Position numbers and translations under genes: made by a program. From a virus (Duplodnaviria; Heunggongvirae; Uroviricota; Caudoviricetes), in the IMG/VR virus record IMGVR_UViG_3300015177_000008, positions 32,001 to 96,000 of that record: a stretch of DNA of 64,000 nt, one strand, 5' to 3'. Each line of letters begins with the position of its first letter. Within the stretch, counting starts at the first letter, position 1. This document shows positions 28,507 through 37,699 of this stretch, piece after piece. A model generated the notes under the pieces. That model saw only the letters and a program-made list of their open reading frames with translations. It did not search any database and had not been told where the DNA came from.

Positions 28507-28926
28507 TTACAACTTCTTAGCGCCCTTGAGTAGTGCACTACGTACAAATTGAGCCGCTTTTTTCAAAGTTTCTTCACTGGTTTCACAGACAATCGGATCT
28601 TTCCACTTACCTGACGCAGTATTGAGAATATTGATTTGGTTGCTATCCAGACAAACAGAGATATAAAGCACCGTGCCACCAGCCAGCATCAAATGCATAG
28701 GAAACAGAGGCTTTTTACTGTCTTCACTGAACTGAGACATGGCGATGTTAATGGCTTCACCCACTTGTGTACCAACAAGCCCCTGCGCAGTTTCGAATAT
28801 GGCACGAATAGCCAGACGAGCCTCTCGATCGCTCATAAGCGACCGGGAATGTTCGTCCGCTACACGAATCAAAGCCTCTGTTGTTTTCCGATCCAGTTCA
28901 TCTTCAAGCAACATTTCACTAAACAT
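28507..28926 (-). CDS. Hypothetical protein (139 aa)
   Basis: ORF-track ORF; weak SD aaggat. Confidence 0.5.
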   Translation of the reverse strand: MFSEMLLEDELDRKTTEALIRVADEHSRSLMSDREARLAIRAIFETAQGLVGTQVGEAINIAMSQFSEDSKKPLFPMHLMLAGGTVLYISVCLDSNQINILNTASGKWKDPIVCETSEETLKKAAQFVRSALLKGAKKL

Positions 28927-28987
28927 TTTTTATCCTTAACCCATTTTGAGAGTTTTATTGTCGCAATGTCGAAGAGGCGAACAATTT

Positions 28988-29632
28988 CTAATGAACGGTC
29001 ACTCGGCCACAGAACCGGTTTTCTATCTTTTCTACAGCGTTATCTAGCATTCTCATCACTGATCTGGCTCTTGCTTCAACCGTGCGATATCGGTTGGAAA
29101 CGACGAAGGTTTGCAGATCCCCCCTTTGCGGATGCAGGTGAATTTTTGTCAGTTCCCCGCACATCAACGCATCAATACGAGCGACATACAGACGGTCTAA
29201 TGATGCTCGTTGTGATCGCAAGTAATCTCGCTCTGAGAGAGCGACTCCCGGGCGTAGGCCAGCAATGGCGTTAAAGTTTGAAATAGCAGTTTTGTGGCAA
29301 AACTTTTCGATATCGAGGGCTAACTCAATACATCGATCTTCATTGGTATGGCCGACCAAATCCAACGTGTAGGCCATAACATCAGCAGGTGTGCGATCGA
29401 TAACAAAGCCTTCAACACCACGCGTAAGTAGCTCTATATGCTTTGCTATTTCCATTTGAATCTGAAGCCGCTCATATAGAGACATAGACTCACCTACTCG
29501 AACACCGAGTCGGCTCATCAAACTTCCGACACCAGCATCCACGTAAGGGATTCCGTAATGTTTGTCGATATATTTTGCCAGGGTTGTTTTCCCACTGCCC
29601 TGAGCACCAGTGATCCCAATCCGGTAATCCAT
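28988..29632 (-). CDS. P-loop NTPase, putative (deoxy)nucleotide kinase
   Basis: Walker A GITGAQGSGKTTLAKY at N-terminus; ATG overlaps the DHFR stop (TAATG). Confidence 0.6.
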   Translation of the reverse strand: MDYRIGITGAQGSGKTTLAKYIDKHYGIPYVDAGVGSLMSRLGVRVGESMSLYERLQIQMEIAKHIELLTRGVEGFVIDRTPADVMAYTLDLVGHTNEDRCIELALDIEKFCHKTAISNFNAIAGLRPGVALSERDYLRSQRASLDRLYVARIDALMCGELTKIHLHPQRGDLQTFVVSNRYRTVEARARSVMRMLDNAVEKIENRFCGRVTVH

Positions 29633-30108
29633 TACGACCTTCTGTATACGATCTGCGAAAAGCCAGGCTCTTCCTCGCTGGCTCGTTGGGTATAAGCTGT
29701 TTCAACAGGCACAAAGCCTAAATTACGCATCATGCTTGCCGGGAAGAATGCATCGGCGTTTGGCACATCAACGCCGATGTGGGAGAGCCAAATCTCTTCA
29801 ACATGCGGCATGAATAGCGAGTAAATTTGTTCCCCGCCAATCACCCACACAGGCTCTGGTAATCGCAACACATCATCCACACCAGCAGGGTAGAATCCAT
29901 TTGGTACAAAGCCATGAGAGCGCGTCAAAACGAGGTTATGACGCTCTGGAAGAGGGCGTTTGAGACTTTCCATCGTTTTACGCCCCATAACGACAGTGGC
30001 GTTTTTGGTGAGTCTCTTAAATAGCTTCAGATCGGTAGAACAACGCCAGGGCAGTTCGTTCGCTATGCCGATCTCATAGTTACGGCCAACAGCAGCTATC
30101 ATCTTCAT
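29632..30108 (-). CDS. folA: Dihydrofolate reductase
   Basis: 158 aa; MIAAVGRNYEIG, ELPW, VVMGRKT, WVIGGEQIY motifs typical of DHFR. Confidence 0.9.
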   Translation of the reverse strand: MKMIAAVGRNYEIGIANELPWRCSTDLKLFKRLTKNATVVMGRKTMESLKRPLPERHNLVLTRSHGFVPNGFYPAGVDDVLRLPEPVWVIGGEQIYSLFMPHVEEIWLSHIGVDVPNADAFFPASMMRNLGFVPVETAYTQRASEEEPGFSQIVYRRS

Positions 30109-30518
30109 TTGCTCACCTCATAGATGACCGGTCTATGATGAGAGTCAGCTAAGGCGGCACGGAGTCGAGGATCGTGCACCAGCGCAGCGATAAGCAGATC
30201 GCCTTTATGCTCCGCTAATGTGCGCTTAATATGCTTCTCATAACTGGTGCCATTCGGTACGAGATGAAGCCAGTCATAATCAACGCCAAAATCTTTCAGC
30301 CATCGTTTAGTTGGCGCTTCAAGAGTTTCAGAGCGGCTACTGATAAGCACCACTTCAGCCCCTGAGCGAGCAAAACCACGCAACATACGGCTGGTGGGGA
30401 AAATGAGTTCATCACCGGCAATGAGCTGGCCTGCATCCGCGTCAGATACTGATTTACGATGGCTGGCATTTGCCAGCACACCTTCAATTTCGCATAAGAC
30501 ATACATACCTCTTGCCAT
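30105..30518 (-). CDS. Hypothetical protein (138 aa), possibly HAD-like
   Basis: ORF trimmed to ATG 30518 (MARGMYV), 1 nt after the thyA stop. Confidence 0.45.
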   Translation of the reverse strand: MARGMYVLCEIEGVLANASHRKSVSDADAGQLIAGDELIFPTSRMLRGFARSGAEVVLISSRSETLEAPTKRWLKDFGVDYDWLHLVPNGTSYEKHIKRTLAEHKGDLLIAALVHDPRLRAALADSHHRPVIYEVSK

Positions 30519-30519
30519 A

Positions 30520-31623
30520 TCACACCGCCACTGGAACCTTGATCCACGGTAGAGGGTCATAGCCAAGAATTAAAACCTCGTCCCATTTGAAATCATCCAA
30601 CTCTGACCATTCATGAGGGAAAATAACGACCGGATCTGAATGCTCTGGAGCCTGTCGTTTCATTAGCTCACACACACCTTCCATGTGGTTGTTGTACAAA
30701 TGCACGTCAAAGCCAAAATGCACAAATGCACCGGCCATGTGACCCGTAATCTTCGCGAGAAAATGAGTGAGAATGCCATAGCCAGCAATATTGAATGGCA
30801 TACCAACAAAAGTGTCTACGCTACGCTGTACGAGGCAGGAGTTGAGGATGCGTTTGGGGATTCCAAGTTCATCCAGTTCAGCTTCAGTAACACTGCCGTC
30901 CATCTCCAGATCGTATAGCATCTTGGTGTAGATAGACTCGTAACCGAGGCGACTGTGTTGAAGACCAATGTCAGTTGCCATCGTTAAACGGGTTTCAAAA
31001 TCCAGCTCACGACTCCACAAAGAGAAGACAAAGTGGCAAGGTGGCAGTTTCATATCCTCAAGCTCGCCTACGTTCCATGCGTTAAGCATGATGCGACGAT
31101 CGGTAGGGTTCGTGCGCAGTGTATCGACAATACGCTGTAGCTGATCGATTTCACGGGACAGCACTACGCGATCTTCACTGATACCCAGGTATCCCTCGAC
31201 TTTGTACCCGCGTTCACGGAAAGTAGCGATCTTGCTCAGATATTCACTATGGCTCACGATGCGGGTATCTTCCCATCGACGCCACTGCTTACCGGAAACC
31301 GGCCCCAAATCGCCATTCTCATCGGCCCATGCATCCCAAATCTTAACGCCGTTATCCTTGAGAAATTGGATGTTGCCCGTGCCTTTCAGATACCACTCAA
31401 GTTCGACAAGCAGTGGCTTAAGATTTACCGCCTTTCCAGAAATAAGCGGCACAGTCCCACCAGTAAGCATGTAGTAAGAGGGAACGTAGCAGGTGCTTAA
31501 AGTACCAGTGCCTGTGCGATCATCAGCCTGCACGCCGCTTTTAAGCACCGTCTCAATAACTTTTGCATACGATGCGTTTGTTACCTGACCGTTCGTATGC
31601 TCACGATTCAAAAGGAGTGACAC
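30520..31623 (-). CDS. thyA: Thymidylate synthase family protein with an approximately 50-aa insertion
   Basis: DRTGTGT, IWDAWADENGDLGPVSGKQWR, PPCH (catalytic Cys), PFNIAGY, HLYNNH; start assigned to GTG 31623 after SD gagg (uncertain). Confidence 0.85.
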   Translation of the reverse strand: MSLLLNREHTNGQVTNASYAKVIETVLKSGVQADDRTGTGTLSTCYVPSYYMLTGGTVPLISGKAVNLKPLLVELEWYLKGTGNIQFLKDNGVKIWDAWADENGDLGPVSGKQWRRWEDTRIVSHSEYLSKIATFRERGYKVEGYLGISEDRVVLSREIDQLQRIVDTLRTNPTDRRIMLNAWNVGELEDMKLPPCHFVFSLWSRELDFETRLTMATDIGLQHSRLGYESIYTKMLYDLEMDGSVTEAELDELGIPKRILNSCLVQRSVDTFVGMPFNIAGYGILTHFLAKITGHMAGAFVHFGFDVHLYNNHMEGVCELMKRQAPEHSDPVVIFPHEWSELDDFKWDEVLILGYDPLPWIKVPVAV

Positions 31624-31706
31624 AAAAACCTCACAAAGATAAGTAATCACTTATTCATTAAGTGAGTTTACATTTATTGAGGGAACAAGGCCAGATAGAT
31701 AAAAAA

Positions 31707-31728
31707 TGGTGGCCTATGGCCACCAAAA
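31707..31728. terminator. Bidirectional hairpin terminator
   Basis: tggtggcctatggccacca flanked by A-runs on both sides. Confidence 0.5.
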
Positions 31729-31793
31729 ACGAATAGTTGCTTCAGGAATTTAACGCGCCAACACAATATACATAGATAGATAACTACCTACAA

Positions 31794-32663
31794 TTATTTT
31801 TTGATCATTCCGTACATTGCTGAGGCTTTAGCTTGCTCAACAAAGGAGGATAAATCGACATCACTATAGGTTGGAGACTTCAGAATCTTTCCATCGGAAA
31901 TTCGAAAACCGATCATCTTATCGGTACCATCAGCATGGCGAAATCCCAGGTCTGAAGAGTCGTATTTGCAGTTGGCCACAGCCTGGCGACGTTCCTCGAC
32001 ATCAGCAGGCCATAATTTTGTCATGTTAGACCGATGAATTTCGCCAACCAGCTCGACTACATTGATGCCGAGGAAATCAGCCAGTCGATAGGTCATCATG
32101 CACGCCACATAGATTTTGTTCATGACACGGCGCAGTTCCTGAATCAGCTCAGAATCCTTAACAGTCTTGTTCTCAAGTTTATCTGCCAGCTCTTCGAGCA
32201 TACATGACGCCTCACGAGCTTCCTGAAATGGCATTGCCATATCATCGAAAACAGTGTTACCGGGCACAAAAATTGTCTGAATAAAGCGATCAATGCTCTG
32301 TTCCTGCGTGTAATAGGTCATGCCGGTAGAAATACCACCTTTGATGGCGACCATCGTACCAACACCAACGTATAAAAAGTCGGCCATTGCATCCAGCAGT
32401 TGCTCAATATCCCCATTCATTGCGGCTGGAATACCTTCCACTACAGCTTCTTCATGAATCAGGCTTGCACGGAGACGAAGCAGCTCTGGTGTCGGCATAA
32501 CGCGTCTCGGATGCTGGAAGAGTTCATGAAACTGATCGACCATCTTGTAAATACTTTCAGTAGCTACACCATGACCTTCATGCAACTCATATGGTTCTGG
32601 CTTAAATCCAATGAGTCGCTCGGTGGCAAGTTTCAGGTGGTCAGTCAGTTTGGTAAAGTTCAT
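31794..32663 (-). CDS. MazG-like nucleoside triphosphate pyrophosphohydrolase (tandem domains), tentative
   Basis: Two helical segments with E-E-x-x-D pattern resembling MazG/NTP-PPase; 289 aa. Confidence 0.5.
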   Translation of the reverse strand: MNFTKLTDHLKLATERLIGFKPEPYELHEGHGVATESIYKMVDQFHELFQHPRRVMPTPELLRLRASLIHEEAVVEGIPAAMNGDIEQLLDAMADFLYVGVGTMVAIKGGISTGMTYYTQEQSIDRFIQTIFVPGNTVFDDMAMPFQEAREASCMLEELADKLENKTVKDSELIQELRRVMNKIYVACMMTYRLADFLGINVVELVGEIHRSNMTKLWPADVEERRQAVANCKYDSSDLGFRHADGTDKMIGFRISDGKILKSPTYSDVDLSSFVEQAKASAMYGMIKK

Positions 32664-32740
32664 GCTAGTTTTGTTCCTTCTTAATTCTTGTGATCCATTG
32701 TGGCCCAGCGTTGCCAGGCCACATAATGCTTTGTATCGGT

Positions 32741-33883
32741 TTACAGGTCTGCAAACTGGCTTAGAGAAGCCTTATCCACGGTAGAATCGATCTGACCTAC
32801 CAGATATGTGCTTTGCTCTGCCTCTTGTGGTGCAATTTGCAGTGTGTCGGTTAACAACCACTTGTTCATCCAGACCAGCGGATCTGTGGTAACTTCTGGA
32901 AATAAAGCCTTCAGGCCAAGACGATTCATAGCCAGATTGGTTCGGTATTTTACATAGGTCTTCAGAATATCCGCGTTTAAACCAATCATCGAACCGTCTT
33001 TGAAGAGATAGTCTGCCCAGTTCATTTCTTGTTCGGCGACTGATTTCATGGTGTCGTAAATGACGCTTTCTTCATCAGCAGCAATCTCTTTCCACAATAA
33101 ACCTTCGCGACCGGTACGCATGAAGCGGATCATGCGTTCAGTTCCTTCGCAATGCAGAGCTTCATCACGAGCAATAAAGCGCATAATTTTGGTGTTACCC
33201 TCAAGCAACTTCCGTTCGCCAAAGGCAAACGTACATGCAAAACTTACATAGAAACGGATCGCCTCAAGCGCATTAATGGACACCAACGTGCGGAAAAGCT
33301 GACGGTGCAAAGGGTATGGCTCCCAGCCATATTCATTTACGTACAGACGTTCAAACTCTTTCTCACCTAACGACTGGCGCTCGCAGGTCATCCCATAAAG
33401 CCTGTCATATTCAGCAGAGATACTGATCGCTCGGTTGATGATTTCTTCATCCGTAACAATACCGTCAAAAACAATGCTCGGATCGTCCACCATGCCACGA
33501 ATAATGTGGGTGTAGCTGCGGCTATGGATAGTCTCAGAGAAAGACCATGTTTCAACCCACGTTTCCAGTTCAGGAATAGAGATAAGCGGCAGCAGCGTTG
33601 CATTTGGGCTACGTCCCTGAACTGAGTCGAGTAACGTTTGATAACGGAGATTGCTCAGAAAAATGTGACGTTCGTGGTCCCGCAGCTTCGTGTTGAAGTC
33701 GATACGATCGCTCGAAATATCAACTTCTTCCGGCCGCCAGAAGAAAGACAATTGACGTTCAATCAACTTTTCAAAATCACGGTATTTTTGCTGATCGTAA
33801 CGTGCCACGTTGACAGATTGTCCGAGGAACATAGGCTCTTTGGTTGCATCATTAGCACCCAAACGGAACGTTGAATATGACAT
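32741..33883 (-). CDS. nrdB: Ribonucleotide reductase class Ia beta subunit (NrdB)
   Basis: MSYSTFRL... with [48 protein letters not shown]; strongly resembles E. coli NrdB; start ATG 33883. Confidence 0.93.
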   Translation of the reverse strand: MSYSTFRLGANDATKEPMFLGQSVNVARYDQQKYRDFEKLIERQLSFFWRPEEVDISSDRIDFNTKLRDHERHIFLSNLRYQTLLDSVQGRSPNATLLPLISIPELETWVETWSFSETIHSRSYTHIIRGMVDDPSIVFDGIVTDEEIINRAISISAEYDRLYGMTCERQSLGEKEFERLYVNEYGWEPYPLHRQLFRTLVSINALEAIRFYVSFACTFAFGERKLLEGNTKIMRFIARDEALHCEGTERMIRFMRTGREGLLWKEIAADEESVIYDTMKSVAEQEMNWADYLFKDGSMIGLNADILKTYVKYRTNLAMNRLGLKALFPEVTTDPLVWMNKWLLTDTLQIAPQEAEQSTYLVGQIDSTVDKASLSQFADL

Positions 33884-33913
33884 GTGTTTTTCCTTTTGCT
33901 TTTTGATGTGTTT

Positions 33914-33932
33914 AAACAAGTTGTTATCTTAT
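33914..33932 (-). promoter_or_regulatory. Family-1 motif upstream of nrdB, with adjacent TTGTTTAAACAA palindrome
   Basis: aaacaagttgttatcttat followed by tttgtttaaacaagg in the nrdA-nrdB intergenic region. Confidence 0.45.
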
Positions 33933-33987
33933 TTGTTTAAACAAGGCTTACAAATCAAAGAGAAGGTGGGATACACCCCACCATATG

Positions 33988-36303
33988 TCAGATTTTGCAG
34001 GCTCCGTCGCACTCATCTTCTGGCTCGACGGCTACAGCTTGCGTCATTGGATTCTGCGGTTCGTCGTCATCACGCTTTCCTGCCCCATCTCTGGTGTTGT
34101 GGTAGTAAAGCGTTTTAACTCCCATCTTGTAGGCGAGAAGCAAATCTGACAGTAGCGTCATCATTGGGACTTTATCGCCTTCAAAGCGAGAAGGGTCATA
34201 GTTGGTATTGGCTGAAATAGCCTGGTCAAAGAACTTCTGGATGATCGCCACCTTTGTCAGATAGCCGCGGTTGTCCGGCATATCCCACAGGTATTCATAC
34301 TGTTCCTTCAGTTTTTCAAACTCAGGCACGACCATCTTAACGATGCCGTCCTTAGAAGATTTCACCGACACCGGGCCACGAGGCGGTTCGATGCCGTTGG
34401 TGGAATTAGTGATCTGGCTGGAAGTCTCGCATGGCATTTGTGCCGTCAGTGTGGAGTTGCGAAGACCGTATTTTGCAATACGTTCACGCAGTTCTTCCCA
34501 CGGCATCTTTAACTCAAAGTTGGTTTCGCCACTTTCGTCTAATGAAGAACGATAATGGTCGATCGGCAACTGACCAATTGCGTACTTGGTCTGCTCAAAC
34601 CAGTCACACTCACCTTTTGCTTCAGCAAGTCGGCAGCTGGCATCAAGAAGGTAATACTGGATAGCTTCGAACGTTTCATGCACCAGTTTATTGCCAGCGG
34701 TATCAGAATAACGAACGCCATTCTTTGCCAGGTAATAAGCAAAGTTGGTTACACCGATTCCCAGGCTACGGCGAGCTTTGGCTGGCACTTCGGCTGCCTC
34801 CATCGGATAGTCTTGATAATCCAGTAACGAATCCAGTGCAGCAACGGCATAGAACGCCACCTCTTTAAGAGACTCCAGTGAACGGATGGCTCCGAGGTTA
34901 AAAGCGGATAAAGTGCAAAGCGCGATCTCACCGTTCGGGTCGTCGGTAAATGCCAGTGGACGAGTGGGTAGAGTGATCTCCATGCACAGGTTTGACTGGC
35001 GAACAGGTGCAAGAGCAGGAATGAAAGCGCCATGCTCGTTAATATGATCGACGTTCGCAATATAAATTCGGCCCGTGGACGCTCGTTCCTGCATCAGAGA
35101 TGAGAACAGCTCAATGGCAGGTACTGACTTCTTGCGAATTGAATCATCGGCTTCGTATTTATGGTACAGCTTTTCAAACAGATCCTGGTCTGTGAAGAAG
35201 GCTTCGTACATATCAGGCACATCACGCGGGCTGAACAGAGTGATGTTCTCGCTTCTGACGAGTCGACGGTACATTAGACGGTTACTCATGACGCCGTAAT
35301 CAAGATGGCGAACGCGGTTTTCATCAATACCACGGTTATTTTTCACCACCAGCAGACTTTCAACTTCAAGATGCCAGATCGGGTAAAACGCTGTTGCTGC
35401 GCCACCACGAACACCACCTTGCGAACAAGATTTAACAGCCGTCTGGAAATGCTTCAGGAATGGAATAACTCCGGTATGGGTGGCTTCACCATTGCGGATC
35501 TCGCTGCCCAGCGCACGGATACGGCCAAAACCAATACCAATTCCAGCACGACGTGAAACGTAGTCGATAATTGCGGCTGAAGCTGCACTAATCCCTTTCA
35601 GACTATCGCCAGACTCAATCAGCACACAACTGGAGAACTGACGGGTTGGAGTACGGACGCCGGCCATGATTGGTGTGGGCAGAGACAGTTTGAACGTACT
35701 TGTAACGTCATAGAAACCTTTGACCATCTCCATACGTGTTTTGCCAGCGCAGTCGTCTTCCCAATTCTGGAACAGACACATGCCTACCAGCATATAGATA
35801 TGTTGCGGCCCCTCATGAATCTCACCAGTAACGCGGTTTTGAACGAGGTATTTGCTTTGCAATTGCACCGTAGCTGCATAGCCAAAAAGATCGTCACGTT
35901 TAGGCTTAATGTAATTGCCGAGTTCTTCGATCTCTTCAAATGAATAATGTGTCAGCAAATCCTTGTCATAAACGCCCTTGTTAACGTTCTTGACAATGTG
36001 TTGGTAGAAGTTCGGATAGTCGTAACGACCGAAGGCATCTTTGCGGATTTTAAAAATGTTCAGGCGGGCAGCCACCTGTGAGTAATTTGGTGCTTCTGGT
36101 GAGATCAAATCAGCGGCAGATTTAACCAAAGCCTCATGCAACTGGCTGGTGGTAATCCCATCAAAAATGCTGGCCGCAGCTCCCATTGCTACAGCGGATG
36201 CGCTTACGCCACGAATGTCTTCTACGCCATACATTACGACGCGGTTGTATTTATCTTCGGATAACGGCTCTGTTTGGCCGTTACGTTTTACGATGCTTAT
36301 CAT
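33988..36303 (-). CDS. nrdA: Ribonucleotide reductase class Ia alpha subunit (NrdA)
   Basis: 771 aa; ATP-cone N-terminus, FSSCVLIE, GGVRGGAAT, NLCMEI, C-terminal Cys pair; very similar to E. coli NrdA. Confidence 0.95.
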   Translation of the reverse strand: MISIVKRNGQTEPLSEDKYNRVVMYGVEDIRGVSASAVAMGAAASIFDGITTSQLHEALVKSAADLISPEAPNYSQVAARLNIFKIRKDAFGRYDYPNFYQHIVKNVNKGVYDKDLLTHYSFEEIEELGNYIKPKRDDLFGYAATVQLQSKYLVQNRVTGEIHEGPQHIYMLVGMCLFQNWEDDCAGKTRMEMVKGFYDVTSTFKLSLPTPIMAGVRTPTRQFSSCVLIESGDSLKGISAASAAIIDYVSRRAGIGIGFGRIRALGSEIRNGEATHTGVIPFLKHFQTAVKSCSQGGVRGGAATAFYPIWHLEVESLLVVKNNRGIDENRVRHLDYGVMSNRLMYRRLVRSENITLFSPRDVPDMYEAFFTDQDLFEKLYHKYEADDSIRKKSVPAIELFSSLMQERASTGRIYIANVDHINEHGAFIPALAPVRQSNLCMEITLPTRPLAFTDDPNGEIALCTLSAFNLGAIRSLESLKEVAFYAVAALDSLLDYQDYPMEAAEVPAKARRSLGIGVTNFAYYLAKNGVRYSDTAGNKLVHETFEAIQYYLLDASCRLAEAKGECDWFEQTKYAIGQLPIDHYRSSLDESGETNFELKMPWEELRERIAKYGLRNSTLTAQMPCETSSQITNSTNGIEPPRGPVSVKSSKDGIVKMVVPEFEKLKEQYEYLWDMPDNRGYLTKVAIIQKFFDQAISANTNYDPSRFEGDKVPMMTLLSDLLLAYKMGVKTLYYHNTRDGAGKRDDDEPQNPMTQAVAVEPEDECDGACKI

Positions 36304-36320
36304 GTATCACCAAATAAAGA

Positions 36321-36342
36321 GGGCCACTATATTTAGTGGCCC
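36321..36342. other. Hairpin gggccactatatttagtggccc in the nrdA leader
   Basis: 9-bp stem between the family-2 palindrome and the nrdA start codon. Confidence 0.35.
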
Positions 36343-36349
36343 ATATTAA

Positions 36350-36369
36350 TAGATAAGCACTTACCTATC
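36350..36369. promoter_or_regulatory. Family-2 palindrome TAGATAAGCACTTACCTATC upstream of nrdA
   Basis: About 45 nt upstream of nrdA ATG; family recurs before other operon-leading genes. Confidence 0.5.
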
Positions 36370-36376
36370 AATGAGA

Positions 36377-36946
36377 TCAAATGAGAGACTTGAGAACATC
36401 GCGCACCTGGCGAAACTGATCTGTTTGCATACCGGTATGGATGGCAGCCACCGCATCAGCCAAATGTTCGTTTTTGTTCACGAGAACATCCTGTCCAGAT
36501 TGCTTACGACGCAGCCACGGTGCTTTAGGGTGTTTTTTCGTAGCCCACTGGATAATCTCTTCTTTCGATGTTGTAAGTTTATTGCCGATAAAATGTTTAA
36601 TTTCGTTTGGAGTAACCTGGATCAATGGCTTATCTACGCACGCAAGTACACCGATGCAAATACCGTAAGACGTCTGCGAACGAGAGTTTTGGCTCCCAAC
36701 CGGTAGCTCACAAAAAACCATATTTGCCTTATCAATGATTGGCTTCGCAACACGCCATATTTCACTGGCACGGCGCAGATCGTCACTGTTCACACGAACG
36801 GTCTTTTTGTTACTCCCCGCTTTAGTCTCAACAAGAGTAAGGCCGTGAATCTCAAGTTCGTCCGTTTCAAGGTCTAAAGTGCCCACAGCAAGCCCAAAGT
36901 TGCTCATTGAGGGATCAACACCAACTACGCTGATTTTTTTACTCAT
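36377..36946 (-). CDS. RuvC-like Holliday junction resolvase
   Basis: 189 aa; N-terminal VVGVDPSMSNFGLAV resembles the RuvC/RNase H-fold catalytic start; SD aaggagac. Confidence 0.65.
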   Translation of the reverse strand: MSKKISVVGVDPSMSNFGLAVGTLDLETDELEIHGLTLVETKAGSNKKTVRVNSDDLRRASEIWRVAKPIIDKANMVFCELPVGSQNSRSQTSYGICIGVLACVDKPLIQVTPNEIKHFIGNKLTTSKEEIIQWATKKHPKAPWLRRKQSGQDVLVNKNEHLADAVAAIHTGMQTDQFRQVRDVLKSLI

Positions 36947-36955
36947 ATAGTCTCC

Positions 36956-37699
36956 TTACCATGTTCCCCATATAGGGTTTTCCAATAATCTCGCCTCCAA
37001 CGAATTGGTTACTATTGCCGTTTGCAACGTTGGTTGGGGATAGTTTGCAAAGTCTGAATACTCATTTTCCTGCGTGACACGTTTATCTACGGCATGTTTA
37101 ACGCCACTTGCTATGAAATGACGCATGATGCCCAACAGCCTCCGACTGTCTGCACTATCGTTTGCTAAAACATGAGGGAGCTGAAGTTCGATTTCCACCA
37201 TTTCCCCATACTTACCAACAAACTGTAGTTTGTCCGCACTGTACTTTTTATCCCTCCTTTGGATAAGGAAACCAGTAAAAGCATCACCTGGCGATGCCAA
37301 ACTATCCACCCGCTTATTGGCAAGTCGAATAAGGTTCGTGAAAGCCATACAGTGATGCGCACCCATTCCCCCAAAGAACCCTTCGCTATTAATGTTAAGA
37401 TCTTCAGTTTCATGGGATGCAATAAACCCAGGCCCGACGTTGGGAAGATACCCCCCCTCAACAAAAGGATTAATCAGGATCGGCGCAATACATCCAGGTG
37501 GTAGTGATTTCAAACTTTGCATCAATGGTGTCTCGGATATTAGACCAAGCAACGCGGCGAATTGTACTCCGTCAATATTGTTGCTGCCCCACAGAATACG
37601 TGGAGCCGCACCATTGGAAGTATGCCCATTGATCAGTTTTATCGACTGCATCACTGCAAATACCTGCAAAAACTGCGAGCGGCTTAATTTAAACGACAT
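36956..37699 (-). CDS. Hypothetical protein (247 aa)
   Basis: ORF between resolvase and SbcC-like genes. Confidence 0.5.
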   Translation of the reverse strand: MSFKLSRSQFLQVFAVMQSIKLINGHTSNGAAPRILWGSNNIDGVQFAALLGLISETPLMQSLKSLPPGCIAPILINPFVEGGYLPNVGPGFIASHETEDLNINSEGFFGGMGAHHCMAFTNLIRLANKRVDSLASPGDAFTGFLIQRRDKKYSADKLQFVGKYGEMVEIELQLPHVLANDSADSRRLLGIMRHFIASGVKHAVDKRVTQENEYSDFANYPQPTLQTAIVTNSLEARLLENPIWGTW

